Assembly (NCBI GenBank): GCA_963790025.1
Contig: CAWBMP010000004.1
Coordinates: forward strand, 1,408,001-1,472,000
From: Nitrospirota bacterium
GTDB taxonomy: Bacteria > Nitrospirota > Thermodesulfovibrionia > Thermodesulfovibrionales > Dissulfurispiraceae
DNA length: 64,000 bases
Direction of reading: 5' to 3'
Position numbers and translations under genes: made by a program. The notes under the pieces were generated by a model. The model made no database searches. It saw only the letters and a program-made list of their open reading frames with translations, and was not told where the DNA came from. Shown here piece by piece: positions 1 through 9,864 of the stretch (positions are counted from its first letter, which is position 1; each line of letters begins with the position of its first letter).

Positions 1-872
1 GAAAAAACATGTTTCCCGGTAAATGATGGACTTTTAGGATATTTTTTTTCTATCTGTTGGATTATACCCTGCACTTCAGTCCATGTCGTTTCGCTGACAA
101 TAGGAGCAACTTCAACAAATATCCATTCCGATTCCGGTTTTAACTCCCAAGATTTTTTATTGCCTTTACTACGAGAATAGTTGGCACGCTTCACGCCCTT
201 ATATGTAGCGTCCGTCAGTATACGCTTTATACTTGTTTTGCCAAACTCACCATTGCCCCGAGTCCGATATCCTTTCTTATTCATTAATTGTGCTGTGGTA
301 AGCAGTTTCCGGCATGTCAGAAACACTTGATATATCTCACCCACAATTACAGCCTCTTCCGGATTTATTATAAGTTGCTTGTCTTGCCACATATAGCCAA
401 AAGGCCCTTTCCCGCCGATGGGTTTTCCCATCTTCGCCCTTACGACAACCGAAGCGGCTACTCGTGATGCTATTTCTTCGCGCTCCCATTGTGCCAACGC
501 TCCTATAACCGTATAAAGGAGCCTGCCTGCCGCACTGCTTGTATCTATACTTTCTTCCAAGGAAACAAGATTTGCGTTATGTTTTTGAAAATAATCCGCG
601 ATTTCCAGTAATTGTCGTGAATTCCTCGCAAGCCTGGCGAGTTTACTGAAGACAAGCACTTCAATTTTGCCCGTTGCCACATCTGCAAGCATCCGTTTGG
701 CTTCGGAATCGCTGAGAACGTCCTTGCCAGAGACACCGGACAAATCGTATTTTTCCACCACGTCCCATTTCTTACTTTGACAAAAATAACGCGCTCGGGC
801 TTCGTGGTTCTGCGGAGATTCTCCCTTGGCTTGTTCGTCAGTGGAAACACGAATCCATATTCCGGCTTTCAT
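1..872 (-). CDS. Large serine recombinase/integrase (3' end runs off the window; absent from ORF track)
   Basis: Manual translation MKAGIWIRVSTDEQAKGESP...VFSKLARLARN...SLEESIDTSSAAGRLLYTVIGALAQWEREEIASR...PFGY; catalytic RVST motif followed by a recombinase domain; GGAG upstream of ATG 872. Confidence 0.93.
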   Translation of the reverse strand, partial: MKAGIWIRVSTDEQAKGESPQNHEARARYFCQSKKWDVVEKYDLSGVSGKDVLSDSEAKRMLADVATGKIEVLVFSKLARLARNSRQLLEIADYFQKHNANLVSLEESIDTSSAAGRLLYTVIGALAQWEREEIASRVAASVVVRAKMGKPIGGKGPFGYMWQDKQLIINPEEAVIVGEIYQVFLTCRKLLTTAQLMNKKGYRTRGNGEFGKTSIKRILTDATYKGVKRANYSRSKGNKKSWELKPESEWIFVEVAPIVSETTWTEVQGIIQQIEKKYPKSPSFTGKHVF

Positions 873-942
873 TATTTTCTCTCCATAAAGTTAATAAAAC
901 GCATCGTTATTTTACCAATAATTACCTGATATTTCAATGAGA

Positions 943-1158
943 TTATTTGTCTCTTAATGTAATATAGATTGTTCTAAGAAGTGATGCCATTTTAGCCTTT
1001 TGCATGTCTTCCGGTATTTCTTTGAATGAATATGTCACCTTGACAGGTTGGTGTTTATCAGTTCGGCGGGGCGAGCAGTGCCCCGCAGTGGCATCTGGGC
1101 CAATAGCCGTATCCGGCATTATTTCCGATATTCTTGTTTTTACTACCAAATCCGCCAT
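943..1158 (-). CDS. Small hypothetical protein upstream of the LSR (possible RDF/regulator)
   Basis: 71-aa ORF co-oriented with the integrase; function inferred from position only. Confidence 0.4.
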   Translation of the reverse strand: MADLVVKTRISEIMPDTAIGPDATAGHCSPRRTDKHQPVKVTYSFKEIPEDMQKAKMASLLRTIYITLRDK

Positions 1159-1316
1159 ATATATATTTTATGGGTGGGCTTAGCGTAAGTGAAATCGGGC
1201 TTTTAAAACAGCAAAATGCTCTTTATTATCAAAGAGGTTCTTTGCAATGAAATATCAATTTGGAATTGCGAAAAAATGCAGGGGAATGTAGGGAACTACC
1301 TGTTTTGCCCGGAAAA

Positions 1317-1342
1317 AGCCCTTATGTTTCCATAAGGGCTTG
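1317..1342 (-). terminator. Intrinsic terminator-like hairpin after the MTase
   Basis: AAGCCCTTATG-TTTC-CATAAGGGCTT with an adjacent A-run (U-tract on the minus strand). Confidence 0.7.
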
Positions 1343-1375
1343 AGTGTAGGTTTGACTTACAGTCAGACTTTATGA

Positions 1376-2665
1376 TTATCTTGGTAAGTCTTTATCAAAA
1401 CATTCCACATATGTTGGTAGGTTGTCTTTATTTTTCTCCCACCGCTCGTCCATGATTTTGATTTCTTCTTCCGTCGGGTAATAGGGCGGCTCATATTCGG
1501 CATCAGCATACATCACATTATAGTCTCCGCCGTAGTAGGCTAATTCATCTTCATGTGCCTTCCATTCAGGGCTATTAAAAAACTTCTTTTCTTCATGGAG
1601 GGCAAAGTTAAAGTCAATCAGTCGTGGTAACCCCCGGATTGCTTTGCCAACCTTATAATTGCTCCACATCACTTCTATCCGTAGTTTTCTCTTCCCCTCC
1701 TCGTCGCATGGACCAGTATCGGTAACGGTTTTAAGTTCAATACGATTGCAATATCTCAATAGTTTGTTATACCACACATTTTTCTTACTTCCATAATTTG
1801 ATAACAGAAACCGTATACCATTTTTTTCTTGCTGTTTTAAGAGTATTGAAAGTAACAATGCATGATGCCCATCATTCATCTCAAAAGCATATTCATCCAG
1901 AAACATATCTTCCGATAATCCATCTTGACTGAGATTCTTACGTATGGCTCTCTTCACCCTCTCAGATGCGCTATATGGAGGATCACAATAGAAAAAAACA
2001 TCCTTTCCATATTTATTGGAACAGTCATTTATCAATTCCGAAAAACTCAAATTGCAAATCTTAATTGTTTGTAATTTGTTGTGATACGTTTGTAGTCTTT
2101 CTTTTCGTGCAAACCATGCCTCTTTTCTTCCGCCTGTCATGCCCGCAAATCCTGCATCAAGTTTCGCACCATACCCTTGCGATATAATGGTAAAAAATAA
2201 AAGTGCCGCATCAACGTGCGGCTTCTCGAAGCGGTATGTGTGGAGTTTTCTTTTGTTCTTTACGTAAACATCAGCGTAATACCAAAAATCGTCACGGTTA
2301 TACCCTATTCTATCAACACGACGTTTAAATTCAGGGAAAGTCTTTTCATCCTTGATAACATTCAAGCAATTATAAAGGAAAGGGTCCTTATCGTTGATAA
2401 TCATTACCTCATGTTGCGTTGTTTTATTAAACGATACAGTAGCAGCTCCGCAGAATGGTTCAACGTGAACCCTGACATCTGGTGGTGTCAGTGCATAGAT
2501 ATTCCTGCACAGTTTGTTTTTTCCTCCGAAGTAAGGAAAGAGAGAATAGATGCCCTCTTCTACCGGGTCTTGATCCGCCAGATCTTTTTCAAAAGAGTCA
2601 TCAGATCCTTCTATATAATCAGTGTCTATTTCATCCGTGTTGTCAAAAGATTCTTTCTTTTTCAT
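1376..2665 (-). CDS. Orphan D12-class (Dam-like) DNA N6-adenine methyltransferase
   Basis: PYFGGK, VEPFCGAA, INDKD and DPPY motifs; acidic N- and C-terminal extensions. Confidence 0.88.
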   Translation of the reverse strand: MKKKESFDNTDEIDTDYIEGSDDSFEKDLADQDPVEEGIYSLFPYFGGKNKLCRNIYALTPPDVRVHVEPFCGAATVSFNKTTQHEVMIINDKDPFLYNCLNVIKDEKTFPEFKRRVDRIGYNRDDFWYYADVYVKNKRKLHTYRFEKPHVDAALLFFTIISQGYGAKLDAGFAGMTGGRKEAWFARKERLQTYHNKLQTIKICNLSFSELINDCSNKYGKDVFFYCDPPYSASERVKRAIRKNLSQDGLSEDMFLDEYAFEMNDGHHALLLSILLKQQEKNGIRFLLSNYGSKKNVWYNKLLRYCNRIELKTVTDTGPCDEEGKRKLRIEVMWSNYKVGKAIRGLPRLIDFNFALHEEKKFFNSPEWKAHEDELAYYGGDYNVMYADAEYEPPYYPTEEEIKIMDERWEKNKDNLPTYVECFDKDLPR

Positions 2666-3795
2666 TTCTTTTTACCTCTTGATGTCTTCTTCTTTGCAGT
2701 TGCTGCAGGTTTTGAGGTAGCCATGATTTTTCTAACCGCAGTTGCTTCCTGTTCTTCTTGTCTTGCAACTGCCCTTCGTTCCGCGTCAACCACCTCGTCC
2801 TTGGCAGAGCGAAGTTTGCCGATGCATTCGGCTATCAGTTCCATACCGCCCATGCTCTCGACATCAAACTCGTCAATATTTTTCCTCGTGTCATAATTAC
2901 CCGCTTTGATGATGTTTTTCAACCGTGAAATAGATAAGCTTGACAGACTCTCAACTTGTGATTTCATCGCAAGAAATGTATCTTTTATATTGCCAATGCG
3001 TTTAATTATGACAGCGTCGCTTAACTTATTTGCTTTATTGTTATCATCGTCATCAGGATAGATATCCTCAATATCCGATAAATCTATGGTTTCCGATGCT
3101 TTATGGTATTTTCGTATCTCTCTTTGAATAGCCTGACTCAATGATGCAAGTGTAATTCTTTCTTTCCGGTTTTTAGTATACTCTCCATCTGCAAATGATT
3201 TAATCTTTATGATTAATTCTTTGTCTGTTATTTTATGCTCCTCAATTTTATGCTTTTTAATAATATCTGCAATTCTATCTATTTCATGATAGGTTTTGTC
3301 GCTTATTTTGGCTTTCCTACAAGCTTCCATTATTGCCCTACCTTTACCACCAACATCTTTTTTCCCCTGTCGCATTTTGGCAAGTTCTTTTTCTATCGGT
3401 AGCAATTGACGGACAAGACAGTATTTGTGCCAAAGCGGCAATTCAATGACCGTGGTGAATTGCCGATATACATAATCTCTTATTTCTAAGTCTCTTTGTT
3501 TCGACTCTGTTGCCACAATGCTGGCCATGATGCACGGTAGCGTCTCAATACCCAACTTTAAGGCAATATCGTAATAAACCTGATTCTGTAATACCTTAAA
3601 TTTACCTTTTGCTTCGTCAGGGATTACATGCAAAAACGCTTTTGGATATTTAAACTTTTTTAATTCCGCCATCTTAGTCTCGATTTCCGCAGGTGGCAAG
3701 TCGAAACCAAGTGGATAAGGGATAAGATTGGTTACGTCGATAGGTATTGCTTGAGGCGGTTTATGTTTGCTACCTGTCGCTCCAGTTACCTTCAT
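2662..3795 (-). CDS. Degenerate ParB/Srx N-terminal domain protein, translationally coupled to the MTase
   Basis: IDVTNLIPYP...FKVLQNQVYYDIALKLGIETLPC resembles ParB-N but lacks the canonical GxxR motif; HTH-like and coiled-coil C-terminal part; ATGA overlap. Confidence 0.55.
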   Translation of the reverse strand: MKVTGATGSKHKPPQAIPIDVTNLIPYPLGFDLPPAEIETKMAELKKFKYPKAFLHVIPDEAKGKFKVLQNQVYYDIALKLGIETLPCIMASIVATESKQRDLEIRDYVYRQFTTVIELPLWHKYCLVRQLLPIEKELAKMRQGKKDVGGKGRAIMEACRKAKISDKTYHEIDRIADIIKKHKIEEHKITDKELIIKIKSFADGEYTKNRKERITLASLSQAIQREIRKYHKASETIDLSDIEDIYPDDDDNNKANKLSDAVIIKRIGNIKDTFLAMKSQVESLSSLSISRLKNIIKAGNYDTRKNIDEFDVESMGGMELIAECIGKLRSAKDEVVDAERRAVARQEEQEATAVRKIMATSKPAATAKKKTSRGKKK

Positions 3796-3908
3796 GTTGA
3801 TCTCCTATGACCGTTATTTATAATCAATCACATAGATTGGATTTTATATTAATATACAAACAGGATGCAATGCGTCCAACAGCGGGGGTCTTAATCAAAG
3901 TCGCTTTT

Positions 3909-4172
3909 TCAAATTGTCCCCTCCCCTTTTTTCGCGCTAAATGTATTGTGACACTTCATGCACAGCCGTACCCTTTCAAAATATTCGTACCCTGCACCAT
4001 TATCAACATACATTTCACCGGCTTCAATATAACCAGTCCCAACGCATGGATGATAAGGCTGTCCCTTCTGACAACATGTGTGACGCTTCCTGGCTCTAAC
4101 CAGATTCTGCCCTTCCACCAATTGGATTTCCATTCTCCCTCCCGCGTTTTCGGGGATACAAGTCAAAGACAA
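3909..4172 (-). CDS. Small Cys-rich (Zn-finger-like) phage-type protein
   Basis: ARKRHTCC...IEAGEMY...LCMKC pattern. Confidence 0.55.
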   Translation of the reverse strand: MSLTCIPENAGGRMEIQLVEGQNLVRARKRHTCCQKGQPYHPCVGTGYIEAGEMYVDNGAGYEYFERVRLCMKCHNTFSAKKGEGTI

Positions 4173-4423
4173 GCCTTCCCCGTTGAATGCTTGAGACGCT
4201 TCTTTTTAACCGGTTCTTTTGGGACGAACCGAGTGCATCCGATATGCCCATCACTTAACACTTCGTTTCTAAGATTGCAAAACCTGCATCCAAATTCCGC
4301 CACCCATCTGGTATCAGAATGATATTTGCATTCTTGTGCCGGGTGTTCTTTTGTCTTTGATAAAATACAATTGATATAATTCTTTTTATTTTTCATATAG
4401 AGCTTTCCTCCAAACCTACTCAT
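4163..4423 (-). CDS. Small Cys-rich hypothetical protein
   Basis: AAGGAG RBS; CKY...CRFC...GC motifs. Confidence 0.5.
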   Translation of the reverse strand: MSRFGGKLYMKNKKNYINCILSKTKEHPAQECKYHSDTRWVAEFGCRFCNLRNEVLSDGHIGCTRFVPKEPVKKKRLKHSTGKACL

Positions 4424-4447
4424 GTTCTCCTTCAGATTTGTCGCTTG

Positions 4448-4951
4448 TCAGTTTCCCCTCTTATAATATTTCGCAAAGATTGAAAAGAACTCAGCGAAGG
4501 ATTGTTTCTCTGAATCATATTGCACGACTTCGGGTTTCCAGAGCTCACCGAATTGACGGCTAAATCTCCGATGAACAAAATCCTTGATTGTTTGAGACGT
4601 GAAATGAAAGATAAACGCATCATCATCCTTTAGAATTTGAACAGGATTTTCTTTGATATGGGCAAGCATTTCCTCTTCGTTATTAAACGAAACCTGCTTT
4701 ATTCCAGCCGCGCCCTTATCTCGAATCTCTCTACAGAAATCAGCAAAAGATTGTCCCCTAGCTGGATGGTGAGCAATAAGGTTCAGTTCATTGTTTTTGA
4801 TTGCAGCCCTTTCAATTTCCGGAGCGCAATCGGGACACACAGCATACGTCGCCATGATAAAACCACCACGTCTTTGACTATTTGTATACTCCTTGTCGCA
4901 CAAATCACACATTACTGTCCTATCGGCAGCTCTAATCACTTTCTCTTCCAT
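4448..4951 (-). CDS. Hypothetical protein with N-terminal CxxC..CxxC Zn ribbon
   Basis: CDLC...CPDC; GAGGTG RBS. Confidence 0.65.
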   Translation of the reverse strand: MEEKVIRAADRTVMCDLCDKEYTNSQRRGGFIMATYAVCPDCAPEIERAAIKNNELNLIAHHPARGQSFADFCREIRDKGAAGIKQVSFNNEEEMLAHIKENPVQILKDDDAFIFHFTSQTIKDFVHRRFSRQFGELWKPEVVQYDSEKQSFAEFFSIFAKYYKRGN

Positions 4952-5135
4952 ATACTCACCTCATAGAAAAACCGTTTTTTTTAGCCGACAATCGGCATGT
5001 TATATTTAACCATCGTGCGAGAGATAGAGTCGAGAGAAAAATATATAACATTGATTTCTCACAGTATTTTTTTGCAGGTGAACCGGTGCAATGAATTTCC
5101 CTGCTATTTCAGGGAGATTCAGGGAAATTGAGGGA
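4949..5135 (-). promoter_or_regulatory. Duplicated upstream/promoter module (copy A)
   Basis: 4949-5020 matches 31465-31536 at 71/72 nt; 5077-5115 matches 31592-31630 at 37/39 nt (manual alignment). Confidence 0.8.
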
Positions 5136-5271
5136 AGGTTATCTTCTGTGTATGTTGAACCTACACACACCATGCAAAACTTCGATTATAAAATCAGGGA
5201 TAAACAGGAGAAAGTCTGATATTATCAAAACGCAAAAAAGCCTTCCTCAAGGGAAGGCGTGTGGTTACTCT

Positions 5272-5496
5272 TTAAATTTCCCAGCGGTAAGCAAATCCTG
5301 ACTCTATCGCTTCTTTTAACTCCATAACTGTGAATTCACCATCGGCAGGCCCGTCTACCAAAACGACGATATCGTTATTATTGGCTTTCTTGCGGGCTTT
5401 GTTGATTGTCCTCATATACTGCACTGCCTCGGCTTCCTCCTCAAATGTTTTCATATCGATGTAATGCCCACCAGTCAACAACTTAGATTTCACCAT
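5272..5496 (-). CDS. Small hypothetical protein
   Basis: GGGAG RBS; followed by a GCCTTCC/GGAAGGC terminator-like hairpin at about 5240-5258. Confidence 0.6.
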   Translation of the reverse strand: MVKSKLLTGGHYIDMKTFEEEAEAVQYMRTINKARKKANNNDIVVLVDGPADGEFTVMELKEAIESGFAYRWEI

Positions 5497-5652
5497 TGTT
5501 ATTCTCCCTTATAACCATTGTCGAACCACATTCTTCGCACATTTCACCTTATCATAACTATCGTTACTATATCCGTTGTGGCACAGTTTTTCAAGATTGC
5601 AATGGCATCTGCGATTGACACTTGTTGATAGCCCTGTTCCGTCTTTACGATA

Positions 5653-6498
5653 TTAATCATTCTCCTTCTTGTCGTTCAGTATAAAGTCGACGGCTTTCTG
5701 TGCCGCGCTTGCCGCTTTAATCAGCAGTTTCTTATCCGCCCTGATAGTCTGCATCCATGACAGGATATAGCCTGCGGAACTATCCGTGGTGGTTCTATCA
5801 ATCCCGGTATGCCCACAAAGGTATGCGGCTCCGAATTCGGCTGTCATCTCTTCAAATCCATAAGCGTCGGTTCCGAAGCCACTGTTCTCGATTAGTGAGG
5901 GACGGTTTAACCTTTTTTCATGCCCAGTGCTGTGAGAAAGTTCATGAAACAAAACTTCATAATAGCCGTCAATTGTTCCAAACTGTTTTGGCGCAGGCAA
6001 CTTTATAAAGTCTTTTTGATGTGAGTAATAAGCCTTGCTCCCGCCAAAATAAATACGGGGAGGGGAAGGCATCTCCTTCATTATTTGCTCGCATGAAGAA
6101 ATCGGATTAGCGGGTTTATCGCTTATCTCCGGTTCCAGTGTTGTTTGTTCCAGATTGAATACAGAATAATACCGGAGAACCGGCACCTGCTCTTTCTTTT
6201 TATCGGTATCCGAGGTATCGTTATCGGCATCCTTGTCAAGCAAGGTAAAATATACGACAGGGCTTGCTTGCTCGCCCCGTTTCACTTTTCCCTTACAATC
6301 ATTAACCTGCTTGAATGTCAGCCAGTATGGCGACGCATACCCTGCCATGTTAAGCAGGATAAGATTGATACCTCTATACTCTTTTTTTGAAACATAGTTC
6401 CGAGGCAGTCCCATGCTACTCCACGGCTGTCGCCATGGGATTATTCCCTGCTCCATTTTTGCCAAAATCCGCTCAGTGATGATGTCATATACAGACAT
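5653..6498 (-). CDS. ardC: ArdC-family ssDNA-binding antirestriction protein (zincin-like C-terminus)
   Basis: IPWRQPW, YRGIN, WLTFKQ, YSVFNLEQT, HELSHSTGH, YGFEEMTAEFGA; AGGAGGG RBS before MSVYD. Confidence 0.92.
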   Translation of the reverse strand: MSVYDIITERILAKMEQGIIPWRQPWSSMGLPRNYVSKKEYRGINLILLNMAGYASPYWLTFKQVNDCKGKVKRGEQASPVVYFTLLDKDADNDTSDTDKKKEQVPVLRYYSVFNLEQTTLEPEISDKPANPISSCEQIMKEMPSPPRIYFGGSKAYYSHQKDFIKLPAPKQFGTIDGYYEVLFHELSHSTGHEKRLNRPSLIENSGFGTDAYGFEEMTAEFGAAYLCGHTGIDRTTTDSSAGYILSWMQTIRADKKLLIKAASAAQKAVDFILNDKKEND

Positions 6499-6585
6499 TG
6501 TAGCCCTCCTTGTCATGACATCCCCATGCAGGAGGGATGCCGATCGTTCAAAATCCCGTCCCGCATACAGGTAGCCCGGAGGCTA

Positions 6586-6729
6586 TCATCGCAAAAGCCT
6601 TAATAACCTATCGGTTAACTCAACGCATAAAAGTATTCGCTCAACGATGTGCAGTATTAGTATCACGCCACTATGTTGCGTCCCGATGTGACATCGGAGC
6701 CTCTCGTAAATATCCCTAAAAATCGGCAT
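6586..6729 (-). CDS. 47-aa small protein (not in ORF track)
   Basis: AAGGAG RBS 8 nt upstream of ATG; MPIFRDIYERLRCHIGTQHSGVILILHIVERILLCVELTDRLLRLLR. Confidence 0.45.
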   Translation of the reverse strand: MPIFRDIYERLRCHIGTQHSGVILILHIVERILLCVELTDRLLRLLR

Positions 6730-6829
6730 GATTAAGTCTCCTTAAAATTGATGGGCACCCATACAGGAGGTGCCTTATTTAACACAACCCCTGCCTGAAC
6801 AGGTTGCCTACCATAATGGAGGCACATGA

Positions 6830-7195
6830 TTACACCGGATGCTTTTCTATCTGTCTATTTGCCTTTTCGCACTCTTTGGCATACCACGCTTCAAGAATTT
6901 CACGGGCAATAGTAGCCGCTCCCCCCTGCCCACCTCTTTTCCAGCCCTGTTCCGCCAGATGGCTTAATAATCCTGAAGAGATTCTCACCACAAGCACATC
7001 AGAGTTGCGAGCCGCCATAAAACGCTGACGTTTCAATGCAGATTTATCTGTTTCCGGAGTAATACCGGGTAACAGAGTTTTGTTTGATGCTGTCGGCTTT
7101 TCATCCTTCTTTGTTTCCGGCTTTACCACTTTCTTAACCGCTGTTGTTGCAGAACCCTTTACCGCTTTCTTTTCAACTTTCTTCTTTGTTGACAT
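6830..7195 (-). CDS. Basic-tailed, possibly RHH-type DNA-binding protein
   Basis: Lys-rich N-terminus; VLVVRISSGLLSHL...ATIAREILEAW beta-helix-helix pattern. Confidence 0.5.
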   Translation of the reverse strand: MSTKKKVEKKAVKGSATTAVKKVVKPETKKDEKPTASNKTLLPGITPETDKSALKRQRFMAARNSDVLVVRISSGLLSHLAEQGWKRGGQGGAATIAREILEAWYAKECEKANRQIEKHPV

Positions 7196-7699
7196 AACTC
7201 TCACCTCAATAGAAATAGTTATACACCGTCGAATGACGGTCGTCAGAATTGGAAACAGCAGGACAAAGCCTGCTGTGATAGGACGTTAAACATTACACTC
7301 ATCCGTAGACGGAAGTGATATCACTGGGATGTGATTATAAACTCGCCATAAGGCGTGGAAGTCAGAACCAATTACGGCGCTGAAAGAACTTTATAAATGC
7401 ACGTTACCGTGCCGGTTGGTATGCAGTCAAGGGATTTTTTTATTGCAATTTGGGCAGGTAAAATATCAAATGGAACTGATTAAAATCTGATAATCTTATT
7501 AAACGGCTCTACCGTGGTATCTATTTCAATTATGTCATCACTGTCATCGGCACGATATGCCAATAGGGAATTGTTTGGTAGTTTTTCGATGAGAATCTTA
7601 TGTTTCCGGCAGCGTTGCTAAAATGTAAATCCGTTATGCGTATGCTCAAGGATAACCCGGAGAGTTTCAAACAATGTCATAGGTTTATATTTAGTCCTT

Positions 7700-8296
7700 T
7701 TAATTACTCTTTCTCTTTTTTTTCTTTGACTCTTCAATCAACTTTCTTAGCTCTTTGTTTGCTTGATCCAGTTCTTTTTTGTATTTTCGACATACCATAA
7801 CTTTTTCCACCTGGCCGTACTCTACCAAGCCCTTCGTTTTGCCGCAGCCGCAAGCACATTCACCAGGTTTTGGCATAGGATGAGGCATAGTTGCATCCTC
7901 TATCCCACATTCCGTGAGCAAAATCATAACGTCGAGGGGGGTAGGATACAAAGACAGTGCAGAAAGTTTCTCAATAACATCTATAAAATATGGCAAAACA
8001 TCCCAGCTCAGGCCGCCGTTAGCGATTTCAACCGTTAATATCTCCTTCTTTGGATCGTATCCATCATCTATATCTCCCTCAGTTGGCAAACGCCATATAA
8101 ATAGTAATGCTATTCTTACAGGATCTTCTCCATCCCAATCAAGATCATCAATGGCATTGCCGGAAGAACGTTCTATCCCCACAAAAATTGCTTCAGTCTC
8201 ATCGTCAAACGATTCTTTAATCTCTTTCAGGTCCCATGACTGGGATACAAGCTGAAAATATCTTTCGAGTTTTAATCCTTCTGGCCATCTCTCCAT
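7700..8296 (-). CDS. Hypothetical protein with C-terminal CxCGCG motif
   Basis: AAGGAG RBS; ECACGCG. Confidence 0.65.
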   Translation of the reverse strand: MERWPEGLKLERYFQLVSQSWDLKEIKESFDDETEAIFVGIERSSGNAIDDLDWDGEDPVRIALLFIWRLPTEGDIDDGYDPKKEILTVEIANGGLSWDVLPYFIDVIEKLSALSLYPTPLDVMILLTECGIEDATMPHPMPKPGECACGCGKTKGLVEYGQVEKVMVCRKYKKELDQANKELRKLIEESKKKKRKSN

Positions 8297-8482
8297 GAAG
8301 TGTTCTCCTTAACGGTTTTCTGGTTTATAGACAGAATCAGTGTCCTTTTTTCAATCTCTTAAGAATTCTGAGCAGATGCTTTATTCTGAATTTGTCTTTA
8401 GACTCGTGGAGCGACGGATAAACTCGCAGCCAGCCCGACTTATCGTACTCTACTGTTTTCTTTGTCTTTCTCATATAACAAC

Positions 8483-8788
8483 TCAGTCCTGTCTATTCAT
8501 CACATCCCCGAGCCGCCGCATCTCAGGCGACGCCGAGAATATTTCATCCGACACGCTCTCAAGTGCCGCCAGGCATGCCGGGCATAGTCCGCTCAAATCA
8601 TCCTCGGCGAATCCCAGACATTTTCCACCACATTGTCCGACCTTACTCTTACTGAGCATGTTATTGATAGCATCCTCGATCCCGGCGACTTCTTCTGCCA
8701 GTCTCTTGTTGAATTCATGCTCTTTATGCTCTCTGTCGTCCATACAGGCATAGTGTAATAAATAAGCATATATATTTTCCACAGTCAA
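8483..8788 (-). CDS. Small Zn-finger hypothetical protein
   Basis: CGGKC...LCPAC. Confidence 0.5.
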   Translation of the reverse strand: MTVENIYAYLLHYACMDDREHKEHEFNKRLAEEVAGIEDAINNMLSKSKVGQCGGKCLGFAEDDLSGLCPACLAALESVSDEIFSASPEMRRLGDVMNRQD

Positions 8789-8914
8789 TCATTATTTGCC
8801 TATTTTTTCATCACAACAGGACAGACACTTGAAAGATAAGCAGTCTCCTTTATCGATTAACAGGTTCCAAACAATTCCTGTGAATAAGTCCCCTCTGATA
8901 TAATACTTTTCACT

Positions 8915-9082
8915 ATGGCAGAAGTGTTGAAAAAGGATGAAACTGTATCCCTCGAGGAAGTAGTAGTTTCCAATGTCTTTACACAGGAAGCATTGATAAA
9001 CGTCCTCGTAAACAAGTGTCTAATAACTAAGGAAGAAATTATAGAAGAAATAAAACGGCTTAAGGCAGCGGTGCCGGAATGA
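8915..9082 (+). CDS. 55-aa small helical protein (not in ORF track)
   Basis: MAEVLKKDETVSLEEVVVSNVFTQEALINVLVNKCLITKEEIIEEIKRLKAAVPE; ATGA overlap with the NERD gene. Confidence 0.6.
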   Translation: MAEVLKKDETVSLEEVVVSNVFTQEALINVLVNKCLITKEEIIEEIKRLKAAVPE

Positions 9083-9864
9083 ATATAATGTTTAACGCGG
9101 CCTTCCATCAGTTTTTAGCCTCATGGCCTCTATTTCTTATTATCATTGTCGCTTTGATAGCTGTAACCATATTTAAACACAGAAAGGTGAAGGGATGGGT
9201 CGGCGAAAAAGTCACCACGGCAGGACTATGGAGCCTGCTGGATAAGGGTACCTATCGACGGATTGACGATCTGATTATACCTGCATCAGATGGCACTACC
9301 CAAATAGACCATCTACTTGTGTCGAAATTCGGCATATTTGTGATCGAGACGAAAAACTACCAAGGCTGGATCTATGGTAAACAGCTGGATGATAAGTGGA
9401 CACAGAATATATACGGCCATAAGAACCAGTTTCAAAACCCGCTCAAACAGAACTACCGGCATGCCAAAAGCCTGACAGAATTTCTCAAAATTGATGATAG
9501 TCTCATTAACCCACTGATTTTCTTTGTTGGAGATTGCCAATTCAAAACTCCCATGCCGCCGAACGTATTAAACAGCGGCTTGATTCCGTATATCAAAGGA
9601 TTTACCCAGGAGCGGCTAACGGAACAAGAAGTCGAAGAGATTGAAAAGAAACTCCTGATGCTGAAGCAGGACAAGTCGCTGAACTTGGAAACACACTTGG
9701 AATCACTGCGAGAGCGTCATGAATCGGCAATATGCCCCAAATGCGGCGGCCAGCTCGTGGAACGGGTAGCAAAAAGGGGTGCCTCTGCCGGTAGCTCTTT
9801 TTGGGGCTGTTCGAATTATCCAAGGTGTAAATATGCAAGAAAGGGTGGAAATGAATTGGATTAA
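9079..9864 (+). CDS. Membrane-anchored NERD nuclease-domain protein with topoisomerase C4 Zn ribbon
   Basis: N-terminal TM; KGWVGE, TTQIDHLLVSKFGIFVIETKN, QNPLKQN; CPKCGG...FWGCSNYPRC. Confidence 0.9.
   Translation: MNIMFNAAFHQFLASWPLFLIIIVALIAVTIFKHRKVKGWVGEKVTTAGLWSLLDKGTYRRIDDLIIPASDGTTQIDHLLVSKFGIFVIETKNYQGWIYGKQLDDKWTQNIYGHKNQFQNPLKQNYRHAKSLTEFLKIDDSLINPLIFFVGDCQFKTPMPPNVLNSGLIPYIKGFTQERLTEQEVEEIEKKLLMLKQDKSLNLETHLESLRERHESAICPKCGGQLVERVAKRGASAGSSFWGCSNYPRCKYARKGGNELD

Noticed and set aside
545..850. 101-aa ORF in the track
   Set aside because: Alternative frame inside the LSR gene (1-872).
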